From Owenia fusiformis (taxonomy: Eukaryota): 64,000 nucleotides of DNA. Each line of letters opens with the position of its first letter. Position 1 is the first letter of the stretch. The stretch is taken from the NCBI GenBank assembly GCA_903813345.2, contig CAIIXF020000001.1, positions 7,750,001-7,814,000 on the forward strand. The letters run 5' to 3'. The notes under the pieces are model-generated. The model saw only the letters and a list, made by a program, of their open reading frames with translations, ran no database searches and was not told where the DNA came from. Both the position numbers and the translations under genes were made by a program. Positions 61,442-64,000 of this stretch are shown here, piece by piece.

Positions 61442-63393
61442 ATTATACAGTAGTTACTAGAGTAGTTACATCGAAGGAACCTAAACTTTTTCAGAAAAAT
61501 CTATGAGCTAGAATTTTTAAAACAAAATATTTTTTAGATTTGGATCACACAAAAACAGAAATTTCTGCCTGTGTTCTACGATTGTTTATACTGAACTTCA
61601 AAACAGTGTAATTAAAAGTATATTTTAAGATTTGATGAGAGAACATCACTTATGAATCAAGTTGTTTCATGAAAAAATGGGCAAAGTTAAAAGAAATTAG
61701 GTCAGCTAAATGTAACAGGCTAATGGTCCACATTTATGGATCAACAGATATGTCATTCTTATAAACATGTGCGCACTTACAAGTTGTACAATAATTACAT
61801 TAGTTACTTAGCAACGATAACATGTATTATTTTCATATAAATAGAGACATATAAAATTGTACAAACTCAAAAAAATAAATATTTACTTGAACAACAAAAC
61901 TGTGCATCCTTATTTCTAAGCAAAATATATTCCTAGGAAACATTGCTGATGGACTAACACAGTCTCTCGATCTAATTTACAACCAATTTATCTGTAGAAG
62001 TGTAAAAATACACAACCACTGTTTATTTCATTCACTCAAATGATCAACTATACACTGTTTTTCTAAACAAAAAAATATGAAATAACATCAGCTGTGAAAT
62101 CCTGCTAAAGACTTTTCTAATACTAGTGGCTCAGTATAAATACTAAAACATGGCTATACATTTACAATATTTTCTATTCAATATGAATCCATCCAAAGTT
62201 TGTCTTTGAAGGATTAATGCTTACTCATGTTGATTAAATACAGTTGTAAATTCTTGATGTTTTATCTAATTAAATACAATATACTTTTATCAAATTATAC
62301 AGATCTTGCATGCCAAATAATTGATCAAGGGGCAGACTGATCACAGAAAACAAACCTGGACGATTTCCCTGTATAAGTGACTATTTCTTCATGCATGTCA
62401 TCAACTCAATTCTGAGGAAAACAAAATCCAAAATGATCAATTTCTAAGGGCTCCAGGCAGCAAAATGTTTATACTTTCAAAAATAATTGGTGATGGTGAT
62501 ATTTTTATAATAATAGTATTCAAAGAAAGAAACACATGCAATGAATTTTTTTTAAATCAATTATATCATTTCCCAAAGAGAATTGATGCATATCACACCT
62601 GTAATAATAAAAAAAACTAATCATTTCTAATTATGCAATGGAAAATCAGATCTATCAAGTGGAGAGTCCACCTATTTTTTCTTCTCATGCAACTGTACCT
62701 AATTTCTATTTGGTGGAGATAAATTACACAAAATAAAAAAAATAAATTCCAAAAAATAAATTTCTAGAGACAGACCCGCCTAAATGGAAGGTCATCTTTG
62801 TTTCTCTGGAGTCCTTTTTGGTTATATCATAACTTAAAATTCCTAGCAAGCAATTATCTACTGTAATTGACAGTGACTTGCAAACAAAAAGTTATGACAG
62901 TTCCAAAAATGGTTCTTTTTTTTATCATTTTTTTGGGTCTGAAATACCAAATTGTTTGTGACAATTGCCTATGCTTTAATACAATAATTGTTAATTCAAA
63001 CATAGCAGGAAAATAACAAAAAATATAAAATATATGTGCACCCTTTCTTAGTGTCTCTTTATTTGACACTTAAATTAATTGAACTGAGACAGACACCTTT
63101 ATTGACTTTGGAAAAATTGCATGAAAGAAAAAGCTATTTACACAAATTTCTAATAAAAAAAATACAAGAATCTTTTCAGATCAAGATGAAAGTAGGATCA
63201 GCTATGTTGTTCTGGTTTTTTAATAAATGGTTATTACATTGACAACACCATGGTAACAATGACAAGACAAGACATTGACATGACTTTGAGCAGTAGTAGC
63301 ACAAACAGCTATTTCAATAGAACGTAAATATGTAGCACACGATGATGGCACAAACACTCCAATTTGAGGAACATGGGAGACAGCTGCTGGCCG

Positions 63394-63615
63394 CTACACA
63401 CTGAATGTCTTCCTATGGTGATATACCCCTGGGCTAACTTCCGGGGTTTTTGGTTTTAGTTCTGTCACAAGACCTCCCCATTGCAACTTAAAGCGTCTAG
63501 ATCTCCACTCTATAGTGGGAGAGGCATGCGCCCTGATCATTAATGTTATTGATGTGAGTTCTCTAAATATCCAGCCTATTAAGAAGTCAAACTTTGTGAA
63601 TGTTATGGGGCCATT
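63394..63615 (-). CDS. UGCG: Ceramide glucosyltransferase, last coding exon
   Basis: ttccag|AAT. Translates NGPITFTKFDFLIGWIFRELTSITLMIRAHASPTIEWRSRRFKLQWGGLVTEL...FSV*, matching the UGCG C-terminus (F.K.D....W..RE...PTI.WR..R..L..GG). Absent from the ORF track. Confidence 0.88.
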   Translation of the reverse strand, partial: NGPITFTKFDFLIGWIFRELTSITLMIRAHASPTIEWRSRRFKLQWGGLVTELKPKTPEVSPGVYHHRKTFSV

Positions 63616-63913
63616 CTGGAAAAAACATTCTGAATATTTGAATTCTCATAAAAAGAAGATTTAGAATACTATTCTGTCAGTTTATATTTACATAAAATAG
63701 AGAAAATAGAGATTGCTTCAAGAAATGGATTAAATTATCTATTGTTTCACTTCCCCATAACCTAATTCTTTTCAAAATTCATTCATAAATATGGACAATA
63801 CTTAAACATGTTAATTTTAGAAAGTACTTTTCACAAACTACAACCACAGTCTCCATGAATAACCCTTATAACATAATTTAGCTTTAATATAGATATTATA
63901 TAATAACACTTAC

Positions 63914-64000
63914 ATTTACAACAAGAAGTAATATATAGTCCTGTAGGAACCATAGCAGGGTATGAACAAGGAAGAAACCAAGTGGGCTCCAGTCAAACAG
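63914..64000 (-). CDS. UGCG: Ceramide glucosyltransferase, penultimate exon (cut by window edge)
   Basis: Translates LFDWSPLGFFLVHTLLWFLQDYILLLVVN|gtaagt and joins the last exon in phase 0. Confidence 0.85.

Overview
AT-rich, intron-rich eukaryotic DNA, most likely from a marine invertebrate (the taxon cannot be fixed from the sequence). It is four contigs joined by three 500-N gaps. The two internal contigs are exactly 36,000 and 10,000 bp, so adjacency across gaps is unreliable. Host-gene pieces: one ALG14 exon (+); two PSMD10/gankyrin exons (+) separated by a ~26.5-kb intron; one mitochondrial-clan cytochrome P450 exon (+); a disrupted fibrinogen-domain sequence (-); the first four coding exons of a multi-Tudor TDRD6/15-like gene (-); and the last two exons of UGCG (-). 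Much of the remaining sequence is nested mobile DNA: Academ-like relics, MULE-, Transib-, P-, Kolobok-, hAT-, Harbinger- and Tc1-type MITEs, at least five families of Helentron-associated (HINE/DINE-1-like) elements including a self-nested stack, a 5'-truncated CR1/L2-type LINE with an open RT frame, and several small retro-insertions with target-site duplications (TSDs). The most unusual object is a young LTR element (40098-48430). It has ~2.7-kb near-identical LTRs full of purine-rich tandem repeats, a tRNA-Leu primer-binding site and a polypurine tract. It carries one intact 995-aa Gag-like ORF and no protease, RT, RNase H or integrase. All family assignments are by motif recognition; no searches were run.
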